Below, piece by piece: positions 16,202 to 25,626 of a DNA stretch of 32,000 nucleotides (its first letter is position 1; every line of letters starts with the position of its first letter). A program made the translations under genes and the position numbers. The notes below the pieces were generated by a model, which did no database searches, had not been told where the DNA came from, and saw only the letters and a program-made list of their open reading frames with translations. The DNA is from Candidatus Saccharimonas sp. (GTDB lineage: Bacteria; Patescibacteriota; Saccharimonadia; Saccharimonadales; Saccharimonadaceae): positions 360,001 through 392,000 of the forward strand of contig CP076101.2 in the NCBI GenBank assembly GCA_015256915.3, written 5' to 3'.

Positions 16202-16737
16202 TACTTATTTTCCTGATTATTTTGCGGAATAAAATTCTGTACAAAGGCTGAAGTACTTGCTTGATTTTGCATCTTTTTAGCTTTTTTCATTCTTTCGAAA
16301 GAAATCATTGCTAAAACCGCACTAAGAATTCCAACAATCAGCAGTCCACTCGGAGCAACTATTTTAGTAATTTCAAAATCACCCTCAACGGCAGAGTTTG
16401 GGTCTTTTTCATCATAAAAAACTTTCACTTTTTCGCCTCTAACCGGTTCTTCATTCTTTAGCTCTGAATGAAGTTCAATTGTTTCGTTCTCTTTCACTGA
16501 AAAATCTATAACCGCAGAATATCTATATTCACCGGTTTTTTCATTTATAATCTTCTTTTCGAAACCATAAATTTGCCCTTCAGTTTGTTTCCAAGTTTGT
16601 CTTTTTAGAAAATCATTAAAAGGTTTTGCAATCCAAATTGATCCAGCAACAATTAAAATAATCGATAAAATTGCAAAAATAATTCCACGATTTCGAAAAG
16701 CTTTTACGCCAACTTTTTTAGCTTCATTAGAACTCAT
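16201..16737 (-). CDS. DUF3592-like membrane protein (TM, beta-rich domain, TM)
   Basis: 178 aa. An N-terminal TM is followed by TWKQTEGQIYG...YRYSAVIDFSV...GEKVKVFYDEKDPNSAV and a C-terminal TM. Confidence 0.6.
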   Translation of the reverse strand: MSSNEAKKVGVKAFRNRGIIFAILSIILIVAGSIWIAKPFNDFLKRQTWKQTEGQIYGFEKKIINEKTGEYRYSAVIDFSVKENETIELHSELKNEEPVRGEKVKVFYDEKDPNSAVEGDFEITKIVAPSGLLIVGILSAVLAMISFERMKKAKKMQNQASTSAFVQNFIPQNNQENK

Positions 16738-16764
16738 ATATTCTCCTATTTTGTTTATGCTAAT

Positions 16765-16793
16765 ATTGTATCACTTTTCGTTCTTTAACGCAA
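16765..16793 (-). promoter_or_regulatory. Candidate promoter of the DUF3592-rnhA pair
   Basis: On the minus strand: TTGCGT (16788..16793), 17 nt, TGaTACAAT with the -10 at 16765..16770. Confidence 0.45.
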
Positions 16794-16795
16794 AT

Positions 16796-16821
16796 TAAAA
16801 CACCGGCAACGAAGCCAGTGT
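16796..16821 (-). terminator. Rho-independent terminator of rpoBC
   Basis: Minus-strand RNA ACACUGGC-UUCGUU-GCCGGUGU forms 8 bp including one G.U pair, followed by UUUUAAUUU. Confidence 0.65.
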
Positions 16822-16831
16822 TTTAAGTTTT

Positions 16832-19800
16832 TTATTCTTCTACTATAGAATCGTTAGTTTCGTTTTCAAATTCTTCTTTAGTTTCAACAGGTTCAGATTT
16901 TGTGTTAACCCGAGCGCCAGTTCCAACAGGAATTTTACGTCCGATAATCACATTTTCTTTTAATCCACGAAGTTTATCAATTCGGCCAGAAGTTGCTGCG
17001 TTAATCAAAACACTTGTTGTATTTTGGAAAGATGCAGCAGACAAGAAACTGTCGCTGAAAATTGAAACTTTTGTAATTCCAAGAAGTTGTTGTTTAAATT
17101 CAGCAGGTTTTTTACCTTCAGCTTCAAGAAGTTTATTTTCTTCAACAACGGCAGCTTTCGAAACTACATCGCCAATGATAAACGATGAGTCTCCGGCATC
17201 TTCAATTTGAACTCGGCTGAACATTTGACGAACGATGATTTCAAGGTGCTTCGAAGCAATATCTTGACCTTGAGCAGCATAAATTCGCAAGATTTCGTTC
17301 ATAATATAGCGTTGAGTTTCTTCAACACCCTTAAATTCCATTAGGTCACGAAGATTGAGCGAACCAACAGTCAAACGGTCACCAGCCTGCACAACATCGT
17401 TTTTCGAAACAGCTAGGGCCGCAACATTTGGAATTTCGTAGCGAACTGGGTTTACATTTTCGCCATCTTCAGTTTGTCGTGGTGTAATTTGAACAATATT
17501 CATATTGCCATCTTCCCAGATATCAACCACACCAGAAACTTCAGTCATATAAGCTTGTCCCTTTGGTGAACGAGCTTCAAGAAGTTCTTCAACACGTGGC
17601 AAACCTTGTGAAATTGCACCAGAACCAGCAACACCCGAACTGTGGAATGTATTCAAAGTTAGCTGTGTTCCAGGCTCACCAACAGATTGAGCAGCAATCA
17701 CACCAACCGGTTCGGCTGGATCAACAAGAAGCCCAGTTGCCATATCAATTCCGTAAGACTTTTGAGGAATTCCTGCAAGGTCTGGAGTTGAAAGAACGCT
17801 TTGAATTTTAACTTCTGTAATGTTTTCATCTTTTTCAATTGCATCGGCAATTTCTCGAGTGATTAGTTGATCAGCCTCAATATATCCAGGAACAGCTTCA
17901 GCCGTAAATCGACCATAAAGTCTATCACCGAATGAAATCATTGTCTCTTCACTTTCTGAGCGATAAATCGCAAATCCTGGATCAACTTCATTAGCTCTAT
18001 CCTCAACAGAAAATACATCTTGAGCCACATCAACAAGACGGCGAGTTAGATAACCAGAATCGGCAGTTTTAAGCGCAGTCGAAATCAAACCTTGACGCGC
18101 ACCACGAGTTGCCACGAAAGCTTCAAGCGAGCTCATTCCGTGAGTGTAGTTTGAGCGAATTGGAAGCTCAATTTCACGGTTAGTTGCATCCACCATAATT
18201 CCAGTCAAACCAGAAGCAAGACGAATGTTAGTTGCATTACCACGTGAACCAGAAACAGCCATTAATCCAACAGGCGAATCTGCACCTTCATGAGCTACAC
18301 GCTCAGAGATTTCATCAGAAACTTCATCAATAACCTTGTGCCAGTTATCAATAATTAAGTTATAGCGTTCTTGATCAGTCAAAAGACCTTGATCATATTG
18401 CTCCTGAATCAAAGTTGTTTTAGCGTCACCACTAGCAATAATTTGAGGGATTTTTTCACTTTCGTAAACCGTGTAATCTTCCTTACCGATCGACAAACCA
18501 GATTTTGTAACAAATCGGAATGATAAACCTTTAATTTTGTCAGCAATTTTCACAGTCATTTCAGCACCATAATGTGCAAACATATCGGCCAAAATTTTGT
18601 TAATTTGCTTCTTAGTTTGTGGGTTGTTGTCGAATGGATAATCTTCTGGTAATAATTCGTTAAATAGCACACGGCCAAGAGTCGTATTTCGAATCTCACC
18701 TTTTACGAACACACGAATTGGTGTTTGAAGCGCAATTTCACCTTTATCATAAGCCATTTCGGCTTCAAAAACATTAGCGAAAGGACGCGGTTTTTTGTTC
18801 ATTTCAGAATGCTTGTCGTAAGTGATGTAGTAATTTCCATAAACAACATCCTGATCAACAGAGAGCACAGGTTGACCATCTGCTGGCTTTAGCAAGTTGT
18901 GAGAAATACTCATTAAGTCACGAGCTTCTGCCTGAGCAGCATCAGAAAGTGGCAAGTGAACCGCCATCTGGTCACCATCGTAATCGGCATTAAATCCATT
19001 TGCTACAAGTGGGTGAAGCTGAATAGCTTTACCTTCAACAAGTTTTGGCTGAAAGGCCTGAATCGAAAGTCGGTGCAAAGATGGAGCACGGTTCAAAAGA
19101 ATGTATTTTCCTTCAACTACAGCATCCAAAGCATCCCATACTTCTGCTTCACGAGCATCAATCAAACGAGTTGCCGAACGAATATTATGCGCATATTCTT
19201 TTTCAATCAACCAAGAAATTACGAATGGTTTAAAGAGTTCAAGTGCCATTTGTGTTGGCAAACCACACTGGTGGGCTTTCAAAGTTGGACCAACCACAAT
19301 AACTGAACGACCAGAGTAGTCAACACGTTTTCCAAGCAAGTTTTGGCGGAAACGACCTTGCTTACCTTTTAACATATCGCTCAAAGATTTAAGCTTTCGG
19401 CGACCGCCGGCAGTATTAACTGAGCGACCGCTTCGTGATGCATTATTGTCAATTAGCGAATCAACAGCTTCTTGAAGCATTCGCATTTCATTACGCTTAA
19501 TTACCATTGGAGCATTAAGTTCGATCAATTTCTTCAAACGATTGTTTCGGTTAATTACTCGACGATACAAATCATTTAGATCTGACGTTGCAAATCGACC
19601 ACCAGTCAATTGTACCATAGGTCGCAAATCTGGAGGAATCACAGGAAGAGCTGTCAAGCATAAACTCCCCGGCTTAATTCCAGCAGCTTTCATTCCTTCG
19701 ATTGTTTTTAGTCGTTTAAGAATTTTCTTCTCTCGCTGACCTCTTGCTTTTTCAGATTCTTCTTTCAAGCTTTCGATAAGCTCATCAATATCAATTTCGT

Positions 19801-20539
19801 CAAGCAAAGTTTTAATTGCTTCACCACCCATGCCAACTTCAATGATATCTTCATACTCTTCAGGAAGATTTCGAAAATCAGTTTCGCTCATTAGCGAACC
19901 TTTTACAAAACTATCAAGTTGATTCTTTTTCGAAACATAATTTGCGTTAAGCTCTTCAATTTCTTTAGTTTGTGCTTCAGCCAATGCTTTAATATCAGCG
20001 CCAGCTTCTTCGGCAGCCTTTTCATAGCGAATTTTAATTGCCATTCGAGCAGCTTTATCTTCAGCTTCAAGGTCGGCAATCATTTGATCACGTTTTTCTT
20101 CATCAACATTAAGAATTACATAACTTGCAAAATAAACAACACGTTCGATATTTTTAACTGTCATTCCAAGAAGAAGGCTCATTGCACTTGGAGCTCCACG
20201 CATAAACCAAATATGCGCGATTGGAGCTGCTAAAGAAATATGGCCCATTCGTTCACGGCGAACGATCGATTTTGTTACTAACTCACCATTTTTATCAACG
20301 GCAGCTTCACGAGAACGAACACCCTTTAGTTTATTATCATAAGGGTTAATATCTTTAGTTGGTCCAAAGATTTTTTCACAAAACAAACCATCACGCTCAG
20401 GTTTTTGAGTTCGATAGTTGATAGTTTCTGGCTTAGTCACTTCGCCGTAAGACCAGCTCAAAATATCTTCTGGGCTAGCAACTGCGAGGCGAACTGCATC
20501 GAAATCAGCAATCTGGTTTGAATTCACCACTTTCGCCAT
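16832..20539 (-). CDS. rpoC: DNA-directed RNA polymerase beta' subunit
   Basis: 1235 aa with the NADYDGDQMAVH catalytic loop and bridge-helix and trigger-loop blocks. Its ATG directly abuts the rpoB stop. Confidence 0.97.
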   Translation of the reverse strand: MAKVVNSNQIADFDAVRLAVASPEDILSWSYGEVTKPETINYRTQKPERDGLFCEKIFGPTKDINPYDNKLKGVRSREAAVDKNGELVTKSIVRRERMGHISLAAPIAHIWFMRGAPSAMSLLLGMTVKNIERVVYFASYVILNVDEEKRDQMIADLEAEDKAARMAIKIRYEKAAEEAGADIKALAEAQTKEIEELNANYVSKKNQLDSFVKGSLMSETDFRNLPEEYEDIIEVGMGGEAIKTLLDEIDIDELIESLKEESEKARGQREKKILKRLKTIEGMKAAGIKPGSLCLTALPVIPPDLRPMVQLTGGRFATSDLNDLYRRVINRNNRLKKLIELNAPMVIKRNEMRMLQEAVDSLIDNNASRSGRSVNTAGGRRKLKSLSDMLKGKQGRFRQNLLGKRVDYSGRSVIVVGPTLKAHQCGLPTQMALELFKPFVISWLIEKEYAHNIRSATRLIDAREAEVWDALDAVVEGKYILLNRAPSLHRLSIQAFQPKLVEGKAIQLHPLVANGFNADYDGDQMAVHLPLSDAAQAEARDLMSISHNLLKPADGQPVLSVDQDVVYGNYYITYDKHSEMNKKPRPFANVFEAEMAYDKGEIALQTPIRVFVKGEIRNTTLGRVLFNELLPEDYPFDNNPQTKKQINKILADMFAHYGAEMTVKIADKIKGLSFRFVTKSGLSIGKEDYTVYESEKIPQIIASGDAKTTLIQEQYDQGLLTDQERYNLIIDNWHKVIDEVSDEISERVAHEGADSPVGLMAVSGSRGNATNIRLASGLTGIMVDATNREIELPIRSNYTHGMSSLEAFVATRGARQGLISTALKTADSGYLTRRLVDVAQDVFSVEDRANEVDPGFAIYRSESEETMISFGDRLYGRFTAEAVPGYIEADQLITREIADAIEKDENITEVKIQSVLSTPDLAGIPQKSYGIDMATGLLVDPAEPVGVIAAQSVGEPGTQLTLNTFHSSGVAGSGAISQGLPRVEELLEARSPKGQAYMTEVSGVVDIWEDGNMNIVQITPRQTEDGENVNPVRYEIPNVAALAVSKNDVVQAGDRLTVGSLNLRDLMEFKGVEETQRYIMNEILRIYAAQGQDIASKHLEIIVRQMFSRVQIEDAGDSSFIIGDVVSKAAVVEENKLLEAEGKKPAEFKQQLLGITKVSIFSDSFLSAASFQNTTSVLINAATSGRIDKLRGLKENVIIGRKIPVGTGARVNTKSEPVETKEEFENETNDSIVEE

Positions 20540-23500
20540 TTACGCTTCCTCCTTAATTTCTTCAATTTCATCAATATCTTGAATATTCATATTGTCTTCA
20601 AATTCACCGTCAGATTCATCTCGAACAGTTTCGAAATTTTCATCTTCTTCGATTATTGAACTCTCCGCATCTTTATTTCGTTCTGCAAGAAGTTCATCAG
20701 CGTCAATGCTTGAAGCATGTTGATCAAGCAAATCAACACGCAACCCAAGACCTTGCAATTCTTTCACAAGCACATTGAATGATTCTGGTAATTTTGGACC
20801 AACAATTTCATTATTTTTAATGATACTTTCGTAAGCTTTTGAACGACCAACGACATCGTCAGACTTAATTGTGAGCATTTCTTGAAGCATGTTAGCAGCA
20901 CCGTAGGCTTCCAAAGCCCAAACTTCCATTTCTCCAAATCGCTGACCACCATTTTGAGCTTTACCGCCCAAAGGCTGTTGAGTAACCATTGTGTAAGGGC
21001 CAGTTGAACGAGCGTGGATTTTATCGGCAACCAAGTGGTGAAGCTTAATCATATGCATAAATCCAACAGTTGTTCGTTGTTCGAATGGTTCACCAGTTTG
21101 ACCATCAAATAATTGAACTTTTCCATCTCGAGGAACGCCTGCGGCTTCAAGTTCATCACTCAAAGTTTTAGCATCGACACCGTCATATGAAGGAGTTGCA
21201 ACTCGGTAGCCTTGAGTTTTTGCAGCCATTCCAAGGTGAACTTCAAAAAGCTGACCAAGGTTCATACGTGAAGGCACACCAAGCGGCGAAAGAATTACAT
21301 CAATCGGAGTTCCATCTTCCATAAATGGCATATCAGCTTCTGGCAAAATTTTTGCAACAACACCTTTATTTCCGTGTCGTCCAGCCATTTTGTCTCCAAC
21401 CATAATTTTGCGAGCCTCAGCTACAAAAATCTGAATTTGTTTAAGCACGCCAGCACGCATTTCATGACCATTTTCTTTCGAAAAGATTTTTACACCAATA
21501 ACTTTTCCAGAACCAGTATTTTTCATTCTTTGAGAAGTATCACGAACATCTTTCGCTTTTTCACCAAAGATTGCACGCAAAAGTCGTTCTTCGCTCGAAA
21601 GTTCTTGTTCACCTTTTGGAGTAATTTTTCCAACAAGCACATCGCCAGGTTTCACCTCTGAACCAATTTGAACGATTCCGTCTTCATCCAAATGTCGCAA
21701 ACTATATTCGCTAGCGTTTGGAATATCACGAGTAACAACTTCTGGCCCAAGCTTAGTTTCACGAACTTCAACCATATAATCTTTAATATTGATATTTGTT
21801 AGCATATCGGTTTTAACAAGACGGTCAGAAATAATCACAGCGTCGTCCATATTGAATCCACCCCAAGACATAAATGCCACACGGAGGTCACGGCCAAGAG
21901 CAATTTCCCCATCCTTAATACTTGCACCTTCCGCCAAAATATCACCTTTTTTAACTTTTTGGCCACGAGAAACTACAACTTTTTGATTATAACATCGGTC
22001 GTCAGCAGTTTTTTCGAAATGTTTTAGTTCGTATTTTACTGTGCCAGATGCATATTTAACCTCAACAGCAACAGAATCAGCACGAATAACTTCACCATCA
22101 TCTTCAGCAACAATAATTTGACTTAAGTTTCGCGCAATATCAGCTTCAACACCAGTTCCAACAGTTGGGGCTTCATTCCAAAGAAGTGGAACGGCCTGCT
22201 TCTGCATGGCTGAACCAGTTAAAGCACGGTCGATTCGGTCGCGTTCAGCAAAAGGAATAAGCGATGCTGCTGCACCAAGAACCTGCCTGTGAACGGCGTC
22301 CATGAACGTTACTTCGCTTGAACTCACCTGCGAAGGAATTAAGTTCTTTCGAGCAGAAACCTGAGATTCAACAAAGCTTCCATCTTCGTTTAATTTTGAA
22401 CCAGCATCAGCAATAATTTCGTGCATCTCATGATCAGCGTCAAGATAAACAACTTCGTCAGTAACTCTTCCGTCTTTAACCCGAAGATACGGAGCTTCAA
22501 TAAAGCCATATTCGTTAATTCGGGCAAAAGTTGCGAGGTTTGTTACGAGTCCAACGTTTCCACCTTCTGGAGTTTCAACAAGACAAATTCGGCCATAATG
22601 AGTTGGGTGGCTGTCACGAACTTCAAGACCAGCACGGTCACGAGTCACACCTCCAGGGCCCATTGAACTCAAACGGCGCTTGTGAGAAAGTTCTGAAAGT
22701 GGGTTAGTTTCATCCATAACCTGAGCAAGCTGTGATCCAGCAAAAAATTCACGCACTGCAGCAACAACTGGGCGAGCATTCACTAATTGGCCAGGAGTTA
22801 CAGTTTCAATATCAGTCATCGACATTCGGTCCATTGCATTTCGTTGCATTCGAAGCATACCAACACGGAATTGTCGCGCAACAAGCTCACCAACCAATTT
22901 AACTCGTCGATTATCAAGACTATCGATATCATCAACTTCACCCTGCGAATTATTCAAGCGAATAACTTCTTTAATAATTTCAAAAAGATCTTCCATTTGG
23001 AAAGAACGATTTTCAGTTGTGTTTGATGTTTCAAGCTTCAAACGTTTGTTAATTTTGTATCGACCAACGCGACCATAATCAAACCTCTTAAAGTCGAAGA
23101 ACATTCGTTCAATCATATTTCGGGCATTTTCAATAGTTGCCAAATCTCCTGGGCGAAGGCGGCGGTAAACCTCAATCAAAGCTTCATTTGGGCCAGCTGA
23201 TTGATCTTTTTCGAGAGTTGATTGAATAAACTTAACATCTCCGTTATCAACATCAGCAAAAATCTCTCGCATTTCAGCGTTAGTCATTCGACCAAGTGCA
23301 CGCAAGAAAGTTGTTACTGGAAGTTTTCGACGACGGTCAATTTTCACGTAAATCACACCAGTTTTAGGGTCGGTTTCAAACTCTAACCAAGCGCCACGAA
23401 CTGGAATCAATTTTGCGCCATAATATCTTTTTCCATCACTTCCGGTTTCAGCATTAAAATAAACACCTTCAGAACGAATCAACTGCGAAACAATAACACG

Positions 23501-23887
23501 TTCAGTTCCGTTAATGATGAAAGTTCCTTGGTTTGTCATCCAAGGGTAGTCACCAAGGTAAATTTCTTGTTCTTTAACTTCACCAGTAACTTTATTTGTA
23601 AGCTCAACTTGAACATGTAGCGGAGCTTCAAAAGTTAAATTATTTTCTTTCGCAAAATCTTTTGTTGTTTTTGGAGCTTGAAATTCATAGCTCTTAAATC
23701 GTAGAGCTAATTTTTGACCAGTATAGTCGTCAATTGGGTTAATCTCTTCGAAAATTTCGCTCAAACCGTTATCAACAAAATCTTTCCAAGATTCTTTTTG
23801 GTGAGCGATTAAATCTGGGGTTTCAAGAATAGCGTCTTCTTTCGAAAAGAACGCTCGTCCTGCAGCATTAAAGTGCTTTTTTGCCAT
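20540..23887 (-). CDS. rpoB: DNA-directed RNA polymerase beta subunit
   Basis: Conserved beta motifs are present throughout (e.g. ...GRHGNKGVV..., ...MNVGQ-like LGQLFEVHLG). The preferred start is the ATG at 23887 (MAKKHFNAAG...), 4 nt after a GAGGAG SD. The track start at 23992 is a GTG with no SD. Confidence 0.95.
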   Translation of the reverse strand: MAKKHFNAAGRAFFSKEDAILETPDLIAHQKESWKDFVDNGLSEIFEEINPIDDYTGQKLALRFKSYEFQAPKTTKDFAKENNLTFEAPLHVQVELTNKVTGEVKEQEIYLGDYPWMTNQGTFIINGTERVIVSQLIRSEGVYFNAETGSDGKRYYGAKLIPVRGAWLEFETDPKTGVIYVKIDRRRKLPVTTFLRALGRMTNAEMREIFADVDNGDVKFIQSTLEKDQSAGPNEALIEVYRRLRPGDLATIENARNMIERMFFDFKRFDYGRVGRYKINKRLKLETSNTTENRSFQMEDLFEIIKEVIRLNNSQGEVDDIDSLDNRRVKLVGELVARQFRVGMLRMQRNAMDRMSMTDIETVTPGQLVNARPVVAAVREFFAGSQLAQVMDETNPLSELSHKRRLSSMGPGGVTRDRAGLEVRDSHPTHYGRICLVETPEGGNVGLVTNLATFARINEYGFIEAPYLRVKDGRVTDEVVYLDADHEMHEIIADAGSKLNEDGSFVESQVSARKNLIPSQVSSSEVTFMDAVHRQVLGAAASLIPFAERDRIDRALTGSAMQKQAVPLLWNEAPTVGTGVEADIARNLSQIIVAEDDGEVIRADSVAVEVKYASGTVKYELKHFEKTADDRCYNQKVVVSRGQKVKKGDILAEGASIKDGEIALGRDLRVAFMSWGGFNMDDAVIISDRLVKTDMLTNINIKDYMVEVRETKLGPEVVTRDIPNASEYSLRHLDEDGIVQIGSEVKPGDVLVGKITPKGEQELSSEERLLRAIFGEKAKDVRDTSQRMKNTGSGKVIGVKIFSKENGHEMRAGVLKQIQIFVAEARKIMVGDKMAGRHGNKGVVAKILPEADMPFMEDGTPIDVILSPLGVPSRMNLGQLFEVHLGMAAKTQGYRVATPSYDGVDAKTLSDELEAAGVPRDGKVQLFDGQTGEPFEQRTTVGFMHMIKLHHLVADKIHARSTGPYTMVTQQPLGGKAQNGGQRFGEMEVWALEAYGAANMLQEMLTIKSDDVVGRSKAYESIIKNNEIVGPKLPESFNVLVKELQGLGLRVDLLDQHASSIDADELLAERNKDAESSIIEEDENFETVRDESDGEFEDNMNIQDIDEIEEIKEEA

Positions 23888-23914
23888 TTTTCTCCTCGCA
23901 TTTAAAGTGTTATT

Positions 23915-23973
23915 AGAATCGGCCCGAAGATTCTCCGCCTGCGACTTTCGAAATTTTGCCATCAATTTCGAAG
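23915..23973 (-). promoter_or_regulatory. Structured rpoB 5' leader (two hairpins)
   Basis: Hairpin 1 pairs agaatc (23915..23920) with gattct (23929..23934). Hairpin 2 pairs ttcgaaatt (23947..23955) with aatttcgaa (23964..23972). Both stems are perfect. Confidence 0.4.
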
Positions 23974-24009
23974 TAAATTTCTCCGCAAGCACACTACTTC
24001 TTATCGTTC

Positions 24010-24038
24010 ATTTTAACATATTTTTTAAAAAAAATCAA
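24010..24038 (-). promoter_or_regulatory. sigma70-type promoter of rpoBC
   Basis: On the minus strand: TTGATT (24033..24038), 17 nt, TAAAAT (24010..24015). Confidence 0.6.
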
Positions 24039-24062
24039 TAAAAAACCGCTATTTAAGCGGTT
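24039..24062 (-). terminator. Rho-independent terminator of the 53-codon gene
   Basis: aaccgct (24044..24050) pairs with agcggtt (24056..24062) around a 5-nt loop. A U-run follows on the minus strand. Confidence 0.65.
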
Positions 24063-24066
24063 AAAA

Positions 24067-24228
24067 TCAATGGCTGATTAGCGAAGCATAATGATCTTGC
24101 TGCAACTTCGCTTTTTCACCTGCTAAAAGTGCTCTGTTTTCATCTGCGCCAATAGATTTACTTTTTGGCTTTTCGTGATGATGAAATCCAGTTTTTAGAA
24201 CTTGTTCAAATAAATCTTTCGCTGTCAT
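24067..24228 (-). CDS. Unannotated small protein, 53 aa (MTAKDLFEQVLKTGFHHHEKPKSKSIGADENRALLAGEKAKLQQDHYASLISH)
   Basis: It falls below the ORF-track size cutoff. A GGAGG SD lies 7 nt before the ATG at 24228 and the stop is TGA at 24067..24069. It has its own consensus promoter (24276..24304) and terminator (24039..24062). Confidence 0.6.
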   Translation of the reverse strand: MTAKDLFEQVLKTGFHHHEKPKSKSIGADENRALLAGEKAKLQQDHYASLISH

Positions 24229-24275
24229 ACAAATGACCTCCACTCCAAAAAATATTTTTTACCTAAGGCTTATAT

Positions 24276-24304
24276 ATTTTACGCCTTTTCAGTAAAAAGG
24301 TCAA
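24276..24304 (-). promoter_or_regulatory. sigma70-type promoter of the 53-codon gene
   Basis: On the minus strand: TTGACC (24299..24304), 17 nt, TAAAAT (24276..24281). Confidence 0.6.
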
Positions 24305-24351
24305 CACCTTGATTTTTTAATGTTTTCTGAGTGCGTTAGAAGGAACTTAAA

Positions 24352-24990
24352 ATGAAGAAAATTATAAATAAAATCTTCGTTTTTTCTGCGATTTTTATCG
24401 CTTCAATTTTTATTCTTACCTCAAACAAGGCTTTTGCGCAAGATTTCCTGCCAGAAGCAGCAAAGATTTCAAATACTACTGACACGTTCAAAAAGTTTTT
24501 CGAAAAAGGTAAATCTTTCTCGAAAGATAAGTGGAGTAATTTTCAAACTGTTCGAGATAATTATTTCGAAGAGTCGATAGAGGCAAAAGGATTAACTTTT
24601 GTCGATAAAAATGGTAATCAAGTTGAGAAAGCTTATTTCTCAATCTCATCAAAGCTTAGGATTAATCCTATAATAAAAATTGTAGACGAAGACGGAAATG
24701 ATGAAGTGGAAGTTTCGTCTTGGCAAGCTCGTGGCGAAAAATCTCAATTCCTTTTTATTGATACTGTCGGTTTTACTCGCGCTAAAACAAATTTCACTTC
24801 TGGCGATAATTTATTGTTACCCAAAGATAATTATTATGTTTTAGCGCTCAGAATTAAATCAAATGGAGAAAAAAACTCCCAAGAGATCTGGCCAGTGCCA
24901 GTTTCGAAAAATGAGTTTAAGCGGCTTAAGGCATTAAAAAAATCCGCCATTGGCGAAGAAGTTAAGCCAATTGACGGATATAATTACTAA
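24352..24990 (+). CDS. Secreted hypothetical protein (signal peptide ...SNKAFA/QD)
   Basis: 212-aa ORF with an AAGGA SD. The N-terminus MKKIINKIFVFSAIFIASIFILTSNKAFAQD is a typical Sec signal peptide. I recognise no family. Confidence 0.65.
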   Translation: MKKIINKIFVFSAIFIASIFILTSNKAFAQDFLPEAAKISNTTDTFKKFFEKGKSFSKDKWSNFQTVRDNYFEESIEAKGLTFVDKNGNQVEKAYFSISSKLRINPIIKIVDEDGNDEVEVSSWQARGEKSQFLFIDTVGFTRAKTNFTSGDNLLLPKDNYYVLALRIKSNGEKNSQEIWPVPVSKNEFKRLKALKKSAIGEEVKPIDGYNY

Positions 24991-25000
24991 TAACTTATAA

Positions 25001-25026
25001 TAGTCTCGTTCGTGAGGCTATTTTTC
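25001..25026 (+). terminator. UUCG-tetraloop hairpin terminator of the secreted-protein gene, overlapping the clpP stop codon
   Basis: Plus-strand RNA UAGUCUCG-UUCG-UGAGGCUA forms 8 bp including two G.U pairs, followed by UUUUUC. The clpP stop (cta, 25018..25020) lies in the 3' arm. Confidence 0.55.
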
Positions 25027-25617
25027 TTGCTTAATTATTTTATCAGCTAAGCCGTATTTTACGGCCTCCTCAGCGCTCATCCAATAGTCTCGCTCCATAT
25101 CGTTTTTGAGTTTTTCCAAATCCTGACCACTATTTTTGGCCAAAATTTGTGCAAGTTTTTCTTTAAGCAATAAACTTTCTTTTAGGTCAATTTCTTGATC
25201 TGTAACTTTTCCGCGCGTACCACTTGATGGCTGATGAATCATTACTCGAGAATTCGGTAAAATTGCACGCTTACCTTTTGTTCCAGCCGCCAGCAAAAAT
25301 GCCCCCATCGAAGCTTGCAAACCAATCCCAATTGTTTGTACATCTGGTTTGATAAATTTAATCGTGTCATAAATCGCCAAACCATCATAAACACTTCCGC
25401 CAGGACTATTAATGTAAAGTTTAATATCTTCATCTGGATTTTCGAAAGCCAAATGAAGAAGTTGCGCCACCACGACATTCGCCGTGTGTGAATTCACATC
25501 TTCGCCCAAAAAAATAACTCGTTCTTTTAAAAGTCGCGAATAAATATCGAACGCTCGCTCACCTCTATTAGTCTCTTCAACAACCGTTGGAACTAAATAA
25601 TTCTCTGTTTTTCGCAT
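25018..25617 (-). CDS. clpP: ATP-dependent Clp protease proteolytic subunit
   Basis: 199 aa with [11 protein letters not shown] (catalytic Ser) and MIHQPS (catalytic His). An AAGGAG SD overlaps the end of clpC, with a 9-nt gap between the genes. Confidence 0.95.
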   Translation of the reverse strand: MRKTENYLVPTVVEETNRGERAFDIYSRLLKERVIFLGEDVNSHTANVVVAQLLHLAFENPDEDIKLYINSPGGSVYDGLAIYDTIKFIKPDVQTIGIGLQASMGAFLLAAGTKGKRAILPNSRVMIHQPSSGTRGKVTDQEIDLKESLLLKEKLAQILAKNSGQDLEKLKNDMERDYWMSAEEAVKYGLADKIIKQEK

Positions 25618-25626
25618 TTTAACTCC

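Noticed and set aside
23888-23992. N-terminal extension of rpoB (35 extra codons)
   Set aside because: It starts at a GTG without an SD. The ATG at 23887 has GAGGAG 4 nt upstream. The extension covers the hairpin-rich leader.
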